The notes: generated by a model not told the origin, from the letters alone. A stretch of 64,000 nt of DNA from an uncultured archaeon (GCA_964558645.1 CAZLEV010000001.1:61568-125567); one strand, 5' to 3'; positions 26,541 to 35,955 are shown, numbered from the stretch's first letter. Made by a program: numbers and translations.

Positions 26541-27026
26541 TCAGCTCTTCGATAGGCTGAAGTATCGAGCTCGGTCGTCTTCATCATCGACCACGACGAG
26601 TATCCCCCGTTCTACTAGCTCATTCACACGTTCCCTGACAATCCTTCTTGAGGCCGTGCCTCTTTCGCTTCGAACAGCTGAAGTCAGTTGACTGATGTTC
26701 AGAGGACGACTTGTGTCTAGGGTCTTGATTATCGCCCAGCTGATATCGTCCTTCTTCAGATTGCCAAATCGCGACTCGAGTCTCTCCGCCTTTGTGAATT
26801 TGGACATGAGTTTGACCATTCCATCGTAGAACTCGAATCCTTCCCGGATTACCTTGGCTGATTCGCTGACCTCTTCGATGCCAGGTCCGATTCGCTCAAT
26901 CAGCCTCTCGACTCGAGCAAGTCGTGAGGAGATCTCATCTAGGCGATCCTGTACCTCCTCAAGAGACATCTCCGGATTCTCATCTGTTTTCCGCCCTGAT
27001 GCATCTTCGGGAGCATTGTTGTTCAA
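26541..27026 (-). CDS. Coiled-coil plus winged-helix transcriptional regulator
   Basis: N-terminal heptads, then DDISWAII...LNISQLT...RGTASRRIVRERVNELVERGIL. Confidence 0.75.
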   Translation of the reverse strand: MNNNAPEDASGRKTDENPEMSLEEVQDRLDEISSRLARVERLIERIGPGIEEVSESAKVIREGFEFYDGMVKLMSKFTKAERLESRFGNLKKDDISWAIIKTLDTSRPLNISQLTSAVRSERGTASRRIVRERVNELVERGILVVVDDEDDRARYFSLSKS

Positions 27027-27249
27027 TTCTGTGACCTCTTGAGGGAAGTCAGATTTACATCAGGGTTTAGTCGAGAATATGCTAAAAGAGATTCCGTATT
27101 GAGTAGGCATAGTGTGAAAGCAAGAACGAAGGACCTGAATGTCCTCTTTGAGATTGTTCAATAGACTAATGAGCAATCGGAGTATATTATAGGTCCAGCT
27201 GGTGACCGCGCCGTCACAATAAAGAGTTGTTACGAAGGAGACACTTCGA

Positions 27250-30200
27250 TTGAAGAGAGCCATGCCTTTCATATTATTCTTGATTCTGCTGGGATCATTT
27301 CCGATGCTATTTGATGTGAGTAGTACCGCCCCCCCTGACCAAACCAATTCATCTCTCAGAGAGAGTATGTTGGATTTCCATCGCATTGCAGATGAGTTCG
27401 GCGGAGTCCTTCGCGTCATCGCACAGTTCACAACTCCGCTGACCCCGACAATACGCTATGAGCTCGAAATGGCTGGAGTGACTTTCGGTTTAGGGGGTCC
27501 TGAATCTAGCCGTGTCCGGGATTACTATCTGCTAGAGGGACCTGTGGAGAGTTTCGAGAGCATAATGAATCTCGGAGTGATAACGGCTGTCAAGCCCCAG
27601 ACTCCGAGTAGATACCTTCATCCAACTCGTGACCTTTCTATCCCGGAGATCAATGCTGATGAGGCATGGAACATCATCGATAAGCTCGGTAGGAATGCTA
27701 CTGGCGAAGGCATTTTGGTGGCTGATTTGGACTCCGGAGTTGACTGGACTCATCCAGACCTCTGGTTCCCCGGAGAGGTCGAATATGACTGGATTGATGA
27801 CAACTCCAATAATGAGCCAACCAACGGGACTGACTACATAGACCTCAACCACAATGGAATTCCTGATGCTGATGAGGTTCTCTACTATCTGGATCTGGAT
27901 GGTGACGGCACCTTCAATGCCACAACAGATTGGATATGGGTTGACAATGTGACAGCTGATGGAGTCCCCCAGATTGGAGAACCGTTCTTCGTGGTCAGTG
28001 ACACCAACAACAATGATCAGCTTGAGGTGGGTGAAAAACTGCTGATGCTTACAACTCCCAAGACAAAGCACATCGTGGAACAGGATGGTTCTCATAATAC
28101 TCAGGTCTGGGAGAGGGGAGTGAATCTTACCCAGAGCACTCATGAGGATGCAGATGGCCATGGCACTGCTGTTGCAGGCATTCTTCTGGGCGGACAGCTG
28201 GGTTTCAGAAAATATGTAGGTGTAGCACCCGGAGCTGAATTGATGATGATCAAAGTCCTAGGCTCTCAGGCCACATCACTGACAGTCGAAGAGGGACTGA
28301 CGTATGCCTATAATCACGGTGCTGATCTCATCCTCACCGAGATTGGTTCTTGGACCTATGAGTACCTGGATGGGAGTTCGGCCTCTGAGACTCTCATTGA
28401 CACGATCGTTGCTGCCGGAATCCCGGTCATCTCTCCCAGTGGGAATCTGGGCGGAAAGGAAAAGCACAGTCTGTTCAACACATCTGCCAATGTTGCTAGG
28501 CAAGTGGATTTCTCAATCCCTTCGCCAAGCGATGATCCGTATCTGAATCAGGAGATCGAGAATGTCTACATGACCGTACTCTCAGTGAACTCTACTGACT
28601 TTCAGAATTGCAACTTCAGCTTGATCTTCAATCTACAGTCCATGGGCGGTCCTCTCCAGTTCACCGTCTACCTCCACCCGGGTGTTGGTTATTGGAGCTG
28701 GAACACAGACAATGTTGCAGGATATTCTTTCTATGTGGATTCTTTTGTATCGGTTTCAAATAGATCCACCCCGATGCTTGCGATATGGATAAAGGGGGGA
28801 CAATTGCCGACAACAGGACCGGGCAATGCGCCTCCTTGGCATCAGCTCAATGTGACGACTCCCAGTGATACCACCTTTCATGGCTTCGTATCTGATGACA
28901 AGACATCTTGGACAGGCGGGGCCGTCTGGAAGAGCGACATTTCCGACGATTATCACATCACGTGGCCTTCTACGGCGGACTCGGCGCTCAGTGTGGCAAG
29001 CTACAGGACGAGAAACCTCGTAGGCGGCGGCGTTGTTGGCGATATTGCTAGTTTCTCATCGAGAGGACCAAGAATCGACGAGATCTCGAAACAGGGTATT
29101 GCTGCTCCTGGAGGATACGATATCATCTCGGACTACACCAATGCTTCCAGCTGGGCCACGTGGTACAACGCATATGGGCAACTACCTTTCGATCGCCAGT
29201 TTGGCAGCTACAGGCTATTCAGTGGCACCTCGGCATCTGGGCCTCATGTAGCTGGGTGTGCGGCATTAATACTCCAGCTGGCCCCTTCACTTGGGACAGA
29301 GGTCAGTAGCATTATCAAGTCAACAGGTCGGAACGATAGCTACACCGGGGACATTCCAAACAATATCTGGGGCCACGGCAAGCTTGACGTCTTTGCCGCT
29401 GTGGCATCCATTGACACCACATCTCCGACAGTGTTGTCTGTGGGCCGTTCACCCACTGATGTTGACTATGGAGAGACGGTGCAGATCGAAGCGAATGTGA
29501 CTGACAATGCTGCTGTCGCCTCAGTGTACTGCAAGTATGAAGTAGGTGGATGGTCTGACCCGACATTTGTTCTGATGGAACAGCAACTGAGCGGCAATTA
29601 CACCACTCTCATCGGTCCCTTTGATTACGGTGATAGTGTTAGTTTCTCAGTGTATGCCAATGACACTGCTGGCAATGATGTTGAGACCGCGGTTGACACT
29701 TTCAATGTGGGGGACTCCATTCCTCCCCAACTCGAGGACCACTGGAGAAACGCCACAACCCCTGCAGAAGACCATGATGTTCTCATCACTATTGATGTGA
29801 TTGAACCCACAGGCTCATCAGGTGTAGACACAGTCATTCTGAACTGGACATCGGATGGTTGGGCGTCGTTCACGGAGACTCTAATGGCACTAGATGGCAG
29901 TGTATATTCAGGTTTAGTACCAGGCCAGCCACTCGGCACAACTGTCGAGTATCGCATCTTCGCCAATGACACCGCAGGAAACACGAATACCTCCCATAGT
30001 TTTGAATACACAACAGTTGAGGCTGAACAGAATCCGCCGATTATCGGTACACCTTCGATCGATCCCAACAATCCCTTTGCTTATCAGCAGGTCAACATGA
30101 CTGTGACGGTTACTGATGATACAGCTGTGAATATGGTCGTCCTCTCTTATTACAATGGAACAGCTTGGATCAACCTTACTATGAGCGGATCGAATAATGA

Positions 30201-30489
30201 CTACTCTGCTACCATACCGGGCCTTCCCGGAGGTACTGAGGTCACATACCGTATCTACGCTCAGGACACAATCGGCAACTGGGCGGTCTCTCCCGATTAT
30301 TCCTATACTGTGCAGTCAGAAACCACAACTACGACCACAACTACGACTACAACCACAACCACTTCAACAACGACCAGCACAACGACGACAACCCCTGAGG
30401 AACCTGAGTACCTCATCTTGGCGCTGATGCTGGCATCAATATTGGGACTCATAATACTGGCAGCTCTCTACAATAGAAGACAGAACTAG
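27250..30489 (+). CDS. Membrane-anchored S8 subtilase with Ig-like repeats and Thr-rich linker
   Basis: Signal peptide, catalytic triad DLDSG / HGTAVAG / GTSASGPHVAG, three YANDTAGN-type Ig repeats, poly-Thr, TM and basic tail. Confidence 0.9.
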   Translation: MKRAMPFILFLILLGSFPMLFDVSSTAPPDQTNSSLRESMLDFHRIADEFGGVLRVIAQFTTPLTPTIRYELEMAGVTFGLGGPESSRVRDYYLLEGPVESFESIMNLGVITAVKPQTPSRYLHPTRDLSIPEINADEAWNIIDKLGRNATGEGILVADLDSGVDWTHPDLWFPGEVEYDWIDDNSNNEPTNGTDYIDLNHNGIPDADEVLYYLDLDGDGTFNATTDWIWVDNVTADGVPQIGEPFFVVSDTNNNDQLEVGEKLLMLTTPKTKHIVEQDGSHNTQVWERGVNLTQSTHEDADGHGTAVAGILLGGQLGFRKYVGVAPGAELMMIKVLGSQATSLTVEEGLTYAYNHGADLILTEIGSWTYEYLDGSSASETLIDTIVAAGIPVISPSGNLGGKEKHSLFNTSANVARQVDFSIPSPSDDPYLNQEIENVYMTVLSVNSTDFQNCNFSLIFNLQSMGGPLQFTVYLHPGVGYWSWNTDNVAGYSFYVDSFVSVSNRSTPMLAIWIKGGQLPTTGPGNAPPWHQLNVTTPSDTTFHGFVSDDKTSWTGGAVWKSDISDDYHITWPSTADSALSVASYRTRNLVGGGVVGDIASFSSRGPRIDEISKQGIAAPGGYDIISDYTNASSWATWYNAYGQLPFDRQFGSYRLFSGTSASGPHVAGCAALILQLAPSLGTEVSSIIKSTGRNDSYTGDIPNNIWGHGKLDVFAAVASIDTTSPTVLSVGRSPTDVDYGETVQIEANVTDNAAVASVYCKYEVGGWSDPTFVLMEQQLSGNYTTLIGPFDYGDSVSFSVYANDTAGNDVETAVDTFNVGDSIPPQLEDHWRNATTPAEDHDVLITIDVIEPTGSSGVDTVILNWTSDGWASFTETLMALDGSVYSGLVPGQPLGTTVEYRIFANDTAGNTNTSHSFEYTTVEAEQNPPIIGTPSIDPNNPFAYQQVNMTVTVTDDTAVNMVVLSYYNGTAWINLTMSGSNNDYSATIPGLPGGTEVTYRIYAQDTIGNWAVSPDYSYTVQSETTTTTTTTTTTTTTSTTTSTTTTTPEEPEYLILALMLASILGLIILAALYNRRQN
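30322..30393 (+). repeat. Thr/Ser-rich coding repeat (ACN codons), probable glycosylated stalk
   Basis: 24 consecutive Thr/Ser codons before the TM anchor. Confidence 0.9.
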
Positions 30490-30600
30490 GTTGCATCAAA
30501 TGACCTGATTGCCCTCTTACGCAGATACTGCTTAGATGCTCTTATATGAGCAAGACTTATTCCCATCATGAACTGGATAGAAACGTGAGTGTCCTAGAAA

Positions 30601-30966
30601 ATGAAGCAACTCGGCACATTCGACCTTAAACTGGAAGGAGGAACCCTCAGTAGAGTCCTTGGTTCTGGCAAGAAGATTCCTGTTGAGGTTTACGTGGATG
30701 GTGAGAATACCATCCTCTTCCTAGATTGTTCCTGCTGTGAGGAGTTGCTCGCAAGCAAGCTGCCTGGCGGAGTCTTGATCCCAATTGCATCCACACTCAA
30801 GGCTTTCTTCGAGGACAGAGGTATGCGGAATCTTGACGTAACCGTTGATGGGTCCATGATGCAGCGGACCTACCGTGGAGTCATCGCCAAAGAACTCATG
30901 GATGACATGCAGGATCTGCTTGAGGATGCCGTTGCAGAGTTCTTAAGAAAGCGAAGAGCAACATAG
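30601..30966 (+). CDS. Hypothetical protein with CSCC motif
   Basis: 121-aa ORF containing LFLDCSCCEELL. Confidence 0.7.
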   Translation: MKQLGTFDLKLEGGTLSRVLGSGKKIPVEVYVDGENTILFLDCSCCEELLASKLPGGVLIPIASTLKAFFEDRGMRNLDVTVDGSMMQRTYRGVIAKELMDDMQDLLEDAVAEFLRKRRAT

Positions 30967-30995
30967 ACGATGGTTTCGATGCGTCTTACGACATG

Positions 30996-31023
30996 AAGAA
31001 AAGAAGAAGGGGCCGAAGCCCCT
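30996..31023 (-). terminator. Hairpin plus U-rich terminator of serC
   Basis: Minus strand reads AGGGGC-TTCG-GCCCCT-TCTTCTTTTCTT (UUCG tetraloop), about 10 nt after the serC stop. Confidence 0.75.
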
Positions 31024-31032
31024 CAGTGTCTA

Positions 31033-32130
31033 TCACTGATTCTTGTCTTGGAACTCCTTCATGAACTCGGTGAGCTCCTTAGTTCCCTCCACGTCCGCAG
31101 CATTGTAGATTGAGATCCTCATTCCCCCGACCGAACGATGTCCCTTGAGCCCAATGAAGCCCCTCAGTGTGGCTTCTTCTACACATTTCTTCTCCAGTTC
31201 CTCTGTCGGAAGGTTGAACGTGACATTCATCAAAGAGCGCGAGTCTTTCCGCGCATGACCCGTGTAGAATCCGTCCGAGCCATCTATTACGTCATAGATG
31301 TACTTCGCTCTCTCTTCGGCTCTTCTCTCTAGTTCTGGAACTCCACCCAGCTCCTTGTAGTGATCCATGACCAGCTTGGCTATGTAGATCGCGAAAACTG
31401 GGGGCGTGTGGTAGAGCGAATTCTTGGCTGCCTCTGTTTTCCATTTGAGAAGAGTCGGAACGTTCTCTGGCACACGATCCAAAAGGTCCTCTCGAATGAT
31501 GATCAGTGTGGCACCGGCGGGTCCGATGTTCTTCTGGATACCCGCATAGATGACCCCAAAATCCTTCACGTCAATCTCTCGAGACAGAATGTCCGAAGAC
31601 ATATCACAGGTCAGGGGAACATCTTTCGGAACCTCGGGCCAATAGTGCCACTGAGTTCCATTCACTGTGTTGTTGCTAGTGATATGTGCAAACGCAGCTT
31701 CTGAGCTGAACTTGACGTCTCGCGGGACATATTTGTAATCGTCCTGAGCAGATGAGGCAACAACCTTGACATCTCCGTAAAGCTCTGCCTCCTCTATTGC
31801 CTTCTCAGACCATCGACCTGTGTCTGCATACTCCATCGGTCTGCCTGGCAAATGAAGATTCTGAGGTATCATGAAGAACTGGGTTGAAGCTCCTCCCTGT
31901 AGCCATAGAATCTCATAATCATCGGGGACTCCCATCAGATCTCGGACAAGCGCTATGGCCTCATTGTGGAGTTTATCGTATTCTTTGGACCTGTGAGAAA
32001 TCTCCAGTATTGACATTCCAGTTTCTTCCCAGTTCAAAAGCTCTTCCTTGGCTCTCTTCAATGCAGGGAGTGGAAGAGTAGCTGGGCCCGGATAGAAATT
32101 ATACACTCGATCTACCATGAGTAACACCAA
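31033..32130 (-). CDS. serC: Phosphoserine aminotransferase (bacterial-type)
   Basis: YNFYPGPATLP, SILEISHRS, LQGGASTQF, DMSSDILSR, GIQKNIGPAG, RSLMNVTF and LKGHRSVGGMR. Confidence 0.95.
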   Translation of the reverse strand: MVLLMVDRVYNFYPGPATLPLPALKRAKEELLNWEETGMSILEISHRSKEYDKLHNEAIALVRDLMGVPDDYEILWLQGGASTQFFMIPQNLHLPGRPMEYADTGRWSEKAIEEAELYGDVKVVASSAQDDYKYVPRDVKFSSEAAFAHITSNNTVNGTQWHYWPEVPKDVPLTCDMSSDILSREIDVKDFGVIYAGIQKNIGPAGATLIIIREDLLDRVPENVPTLLKWKTEAAKNSLYHTPPVFAIYIAKLVMDHYKELGGVPELERRAEERAKYIYDVIDGSDGFYTGHARKDSRSLMNVTFNLPTEELEKKCVEEATLRGFIGLKGHRSVGGMRISIYNAADVEGTKELTEFMKEFQDKNQ

Positions 32131-32324
32131 ATTCTTTTTCTAAACACTGTGCAGTCCCACGGTGAAGACTATATGTGCCTTCAAGACTACGTGTCCGCGA
32201 CTGTTTCACCTTCATAATAAGGACATCGATGAGTGAACGCACAGACGACTCTGTTTCAGTGAAGGAGTTGGGACAGACTCTTGATGGCCTGTCCCCCCTC
32301 TTCGATGAATGCGTGGATATCAGC

Positions 32325-33656
32325 TCATCTGAGCTTGTTGATTGTGAAACCAGTGTGGACCTTCGGATAGAAGAAAGTGCTCTTCTGCGGCATGCACTCA
32401 AAGCCGTTTGCCACAGCTTCAACCTCTTCTACACGCGTCGGGTTCATGAAGAGAACAGCTTGTGCTTCATTCTTGACCGAGCGAATTGAGTCTTTGACTG
32501 CATCGCCGATGCCCTTGACATAGACTACATAACCTCCTCCACTCACGGTGCCTTCGAGAAGCTTCTGTTTGTCAATGCCGAAGACTCTGTCAAGAATTAA
32601 TGAATGCAGGATGGACACGTCCAACCTCCTTAGCTCCTCTGATTTGTCAGGAAGCATTTTGTCCATAATGCTGGGGTTCTTGAGAGTTAGAGCGTAGTAT
32701 TTGCCATCGTCCATGAAGAGCCCGAAAGCATGCTGTCCCTCTTCAAAGCGTTCATCCATCAACTGGAACATGGGTTCTTTCTCGGTGAATTCGTCGACTT
32801 CGAAATGCTCTCTTATGCCCTCAAGAATTTTCGTCTTGTCGAAGTTCTCAAGATTCTGAACTAGTCTGTGAGTTGGCAGGACAACAAGTCCCGGATTCTG
32901 AATATTGACAAAGGTCAACATACGGTACTTGGCACTCTCAAGTTCTGGGTTTTCCTTTGAAAGGGCAAGTGCAGTCTTGTATCGATGATGGCCGTCTGCG
33001 ATGATGACATACTTGTCAGACATATGGTCTGTAATATGCTGCTTGTCTTCGTCATCCGTTATCCTCCAGATTCGATGGCGAACTCCCTCTCTGTCTTTGA
33101 CATCAGCAATTGGCTGTTCTTTCATGTGCTTCTCAAGTATTTTGTCTACGGCTCGTTCATGATCCGGATATATCACAAAAATCTGACCGAACTGGGCCAT
33201 TGTCGCTCGAGAGAGGTTCAGCCGGTCTTGGATATCTTTCGGAAGCGTTTCTTCATGCTGAAGGACGCCAGCGAAATCCCCATCTTCAGGAGCTTCTGTT
33301 GCGAACTCCTCGAGCTCGATCAGCCCAATGAATCCAAAACGGAACATCATCTCTCCATGTACTTCGAAGTTCTGTCCATAGATGTAAAATGCGTCTTGGT
33401 CATCTTGAACTAATACATCGTTTTCGATCCATTTCTCAAGAAGTCTTCCCGCTCTGGTATATTGGTTCTCCTCATCAGAATCCTCTTTGCGGGGTTTGTT
33501 CTTTATTATCCATGAGATGTTGTATTCTGAGAGTCCTTGAAGTTCGTCCACAAGCTTTCCCTTGATTATGTCATAGGGTGGTGAGAAAAGCTTCGCGAGG
33601 TCTCCGGCTTTCTTCTCATTGTATCGATAGGCCTTGAAAGGAACGACATTTACCAT
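32325..33656 (-). CDS. DUF1015 family protein
   Basis: PFKAYRY, SPPYDII, QHEETL, IADGHHRY, LPTHRLV and MPQKSTFFYPK; neighbour of serC. Confidence 0.9.
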   Translation of the reverse strand: MVNVVPFKAYRYNEKKAGDLAKLFSPPYDIIKGKLVDELQGLSEYNISWIIKNKPRKEDSDEENQYTRAGRLLEKWIENDVLVQDDQDAFYIYGQNFEVHGEMMFRFGFIGLIELEEFATEAPEDGDFAGVLQHEETLPKDIQDRLNLSRATMAQFGQIFVIYPDHERAVDKILEKHMKEQPIADVKDREGVRHRIWRITDDEDKQHITDHMSDKYVIIADGHHRYKTALALSKENPELESAKYRMLTFVNIQNPGLVVLPTHRLVQNLENFDKTKILEGIREHFEVDEFTEKEPMFQLMDERFEEGQHAFGLFMDDGKYYALTLKNPSIMDKMLPDKSEELRRLDVSILHSLILDRVFGIDKQKLLEGTVSGGGYVVYVKGIGDAVKDSIRSVKNEAQAVLFMNPTRVEEVEAVANGFECMPQKSTFFYPKVHTGFTINKLR

Positions 33657-33847
33657 TATATTTCCTCCACTGAGTAGTGCAGTCCATTCTTAGACAATGG
33701 CAGCATGGCGGCGCAGAAATACGGCAATGTCATAAGTCTTTCTTTGGAAACAAACACGAGATTGTCAATTCCAAGAACAACGAACGTCAGACTTAAATTG
33801 AGATGTGGCGCGAACACGGAGGCTGTAAAATTCAGGGGTGATAAAGA

Positions 33848-34114
33848 ATGGAGTTCTGCGATAAGTGTGGTACTTTGATGATTCCGGAGAAGAAGGATGG
33901 GAAACCCATCTTGAAATGTAGAGAGTGTGGGCATGAGAAGAAGATTGGCAAGTCGCCCAAGTATACTGTGGAGTACAGGATCAAACACTCACCGAAGGAG
34001 AAGATTGTGGTCGTAGAGGGGGACTCACAGAGGAATGAAGATATCTCTGAAGACGAACGCAGAGAGCGTCGGAAGGCCATTCTTGAGTTCTTTGATGCTG
34101 ACGAATCAGAATAA
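33848..34114 (+). CDS. TFS/RpoM (RPA12/RPB9)-like protein with only the N-terminal zinc ribbon
   Basis: MEFCDKCGTLMIP...LKCRECGH; ends in a charged helix and lacks the QTRSADEP C-terminal ribbon. Confidence 0.8.
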   Translation: MEFCDKCGTLMIPEKKDGKPILKCRECGHEKKIGKSPKYTVEYRIKHSPKEKIVVVEGDSQRNEDISEDERRERRKAILEFFDADESE

Positions 34115-34166
34115 CTCTAAGGAACCTTTAAGTTCGTGTTTAGACGAATATATCATGTCGATGCGA

Positions 34167-34217
34167 ATGATGACTGTTCCATTGCCCTAGTTCTAAACGG
34201 CTTCCTTGCAGTACTGA
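34167..34217 (+). ncRNA. Candidate box C/D sRNA
   Basis: Intergenic ATGATGA (box C) to CTGA (box D) spanning 51 nt, downstream of a TATA-like CCTTTAAG. Internal C'/D' boxes are weak. Confidence 0.3.
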
Positions 34218-34245
34218 GCTACGGGGAGGTCATGGAGGTATACCC

Positions 34246-35124
34246 TTGAAAAAGAGAGAAGTTGACTTTCATTACGATGTAGTTCCCTTCATTCTGAAGG
34301 AGGGCGACGTTCTGGATATTCTGAGAGTGGCCAACGCGGGTCTTGACATCCCCGAGAATCACCTCTCGGAAGCATTGGACGATCTGAAAGACTTGATGAA
34401 CCCGGACGGAGGGGTGCCCTTTGCTTTGCAGAAGGGAAATCCCAGTTCGGTCAAGAAGACCGCAGAAGTTCTTTCACTCATTGTGAACTATGATGAATGC
34501 TCGAAGATCATCGAACCAATGACAGAATTCCTGATTTCCAGACAGAAGAAAGATGGAGGCTTTGCCGAGACTCTCAACTTGGAACCCCTCATTCAGGACC
34601 GATATGCCTCTGCTGGAGGAGTCGAATGGTATCCTGTGGGTAAGAGCATCACGTGGCTGACTGGAAAGGCTTTAGAGGCCTTGTGCCGTGTGGGCTATGA
34701 AGAGGAGCATCGTCTGCGAAAAGCGCGCGATTTCCTCATGTACTCCCAGAACGAAGATGGCCACTGGCCCGATTACCTGGGCCAGAACGAGTCTGACCCG
34801 CTCGCGACAGGGAATATCTTTGCAGGGCTGACCGAGATGGGTGTCAGCAAGGACCACAAAGTCTACCAGAATGCTCGGGCCGCGCTATTCCATCACCTCA
34901 AGACTTCTGCAGATAGCGGATCCACTTATGATATGGTTGATCTCTCTGCGGTTGATGCAGTCGAGACGGAGATGGAGCGGAAAGTGGTTGAAAAGGGCTT
35001 TGAGCTCGTCATAGAGAGCCAGAACAAAGACGGCGGTTGGGTCGATCTGGGGATGAAGAAGAGCAATCCCGAACTAACCTCCCTTTTGGTCTTTGCTCTG
35101 AATACCTGTTGCAAAGGCAAGTGA
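34246..35124 (+). CDS. Prenyltransferase/squalene-cyclase repeat (alpha-alpha barrel) protein
   Basis: QW-like repeats NPDGGV, QKKDGGF, QNEDGHW and QNKDGGW; no DxDD motif. Confidence 0.75.
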   Translation: MKKREVDFHYDVVPFILKEGDVLDILRVANAGLDIPENHLSEALDDLKDLMNPDGGVPFALQKGNPSSVKKTAEVLSLIVNYDECSKIIEPMTEFLISRQKKDGGFAETLNLEPLIQDRYASAGGVEWYPVGKSITWLTGKALEALCRVGYEEEHRLRKARDFLMYSQNEDGHWPDYLGQNESDPLATGNIFAGLTEMGVSKDHKVYQNARAALFHHLKTSADSGSTYDMVDLSAVDAVETEMERKVVEKGFELVIESQNKDGGWVDLGMKKSNPELTSLLVFALNTCCKGK

Positions 35125-35244
35125 TTTCAGAGTGGCCCTCGTGGAAGAGATAGGTCTGTAATTCGAATGGATTTCTCAGAACCTTTTATTGTGCTGATGC
35201 ACTTGTGACGGCTTGGGACCCCTTGAACAAGAGAGTGTAGAACC

Positions 35245-35718
35245 GTGAATCTTAAAGTACAACGTAATGACGAAATCGTCGAATTGCGAAAAGTAGATCT
35301 TGAAGCACTGAGTCCGCCTCTCTATAGAACAATGATTGGCTACAATTCTCTTAAAAGACTCGGATATTCCATATCCTTCATCAGGCCGAAGAAGAACTCC
35401 TCAGGGGATTTCGAGCGTATCAGGTATAGCTTCATTGAGCGAGGAATCATGACTCGCCAGCTTGAGGAGGAGCTAGAACCTGATATGAAACGGGGGATAC
35501 TCAACCAGCTTCCTCGTGGCGATTTTGCGATAGTTCTCTTACTTACACAGGTTCCCAGACGGGGTGTCAACATACGATTGGATAAGTTCACCTACGAGTT
35601 TCTAGGATGCATTCTCATGAGAGACGATGAAATTCTAGATGTTGTAATGAACACGGCACCAACGCGTGAGATTCTGATGCCAACATACGAAGAAGCAACA
35701 ACTGCCACTGTGAGTTAG
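35245..35718 (+). CDS. Hypothetical protein
   Basis: 157-aa ORF downstream of a TATA-like AACCTTTTATT. Confidence 0.65.
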   Translation: MNLKVQRNDEIVELRKVDLEALSPPLYRTMIGYNSLKRLGYSISFIRPKKNSSGDFERIRYSFIERGIMTRQLEEELEPDMKRGILNQLPRGDFAIVLLLTQVPRRGVNIRLDKFTYEFLGCILMRDDEILDVVMNTAPTREILMPTYEEATTATVS

Positions 35719-35874
35719 CTATATGCTCCGTGTCAGAGGCGTAGATTCCTCCTCAAGCTGACGAATCTTCTCTCTCTTCTTCCTCGTACGATAGGCTTGT
35801 AGCCCAGCTCTTCCGAGGAGAATCATGAATGGAATGATCCACCAGATGATGTAGAGCCCCATGTCAAACTGCAT
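35719..35874 (-). CDS. Small single-pass membrane protein, 51 aa (absent from the ORF track)
   Basis: My translation: MQFDMGLYIIWWIIPFMILLGRAGLQAYRTRKKREKIRQLEEESTPLTRSI. TM followed by a positive-inside stretch; fills the intergenic gap. Confidence 0.6.
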   Translation of the reverse strand: MQFDMGLYIIWWIIPFMILLGRAGLQAYRTRKKREKIRQLEEESTPLTRSI

Positions 35875-35955
35875 TATCTGCACTCAGATGGACGTTCTTC
35901 GTGATACAATTAAGCTTGTTGGCTTACGCACCAAATCGTCTTCTCAGGCAGGCTT

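Noticed and set aside
30322-30393. ACN-rich tandem repeats (also 56452-56514) as CRISPR or VNTR
   Set aside because: They are in-frame poly-Thr linkers with mixed codons and no repeat-spacer structure.
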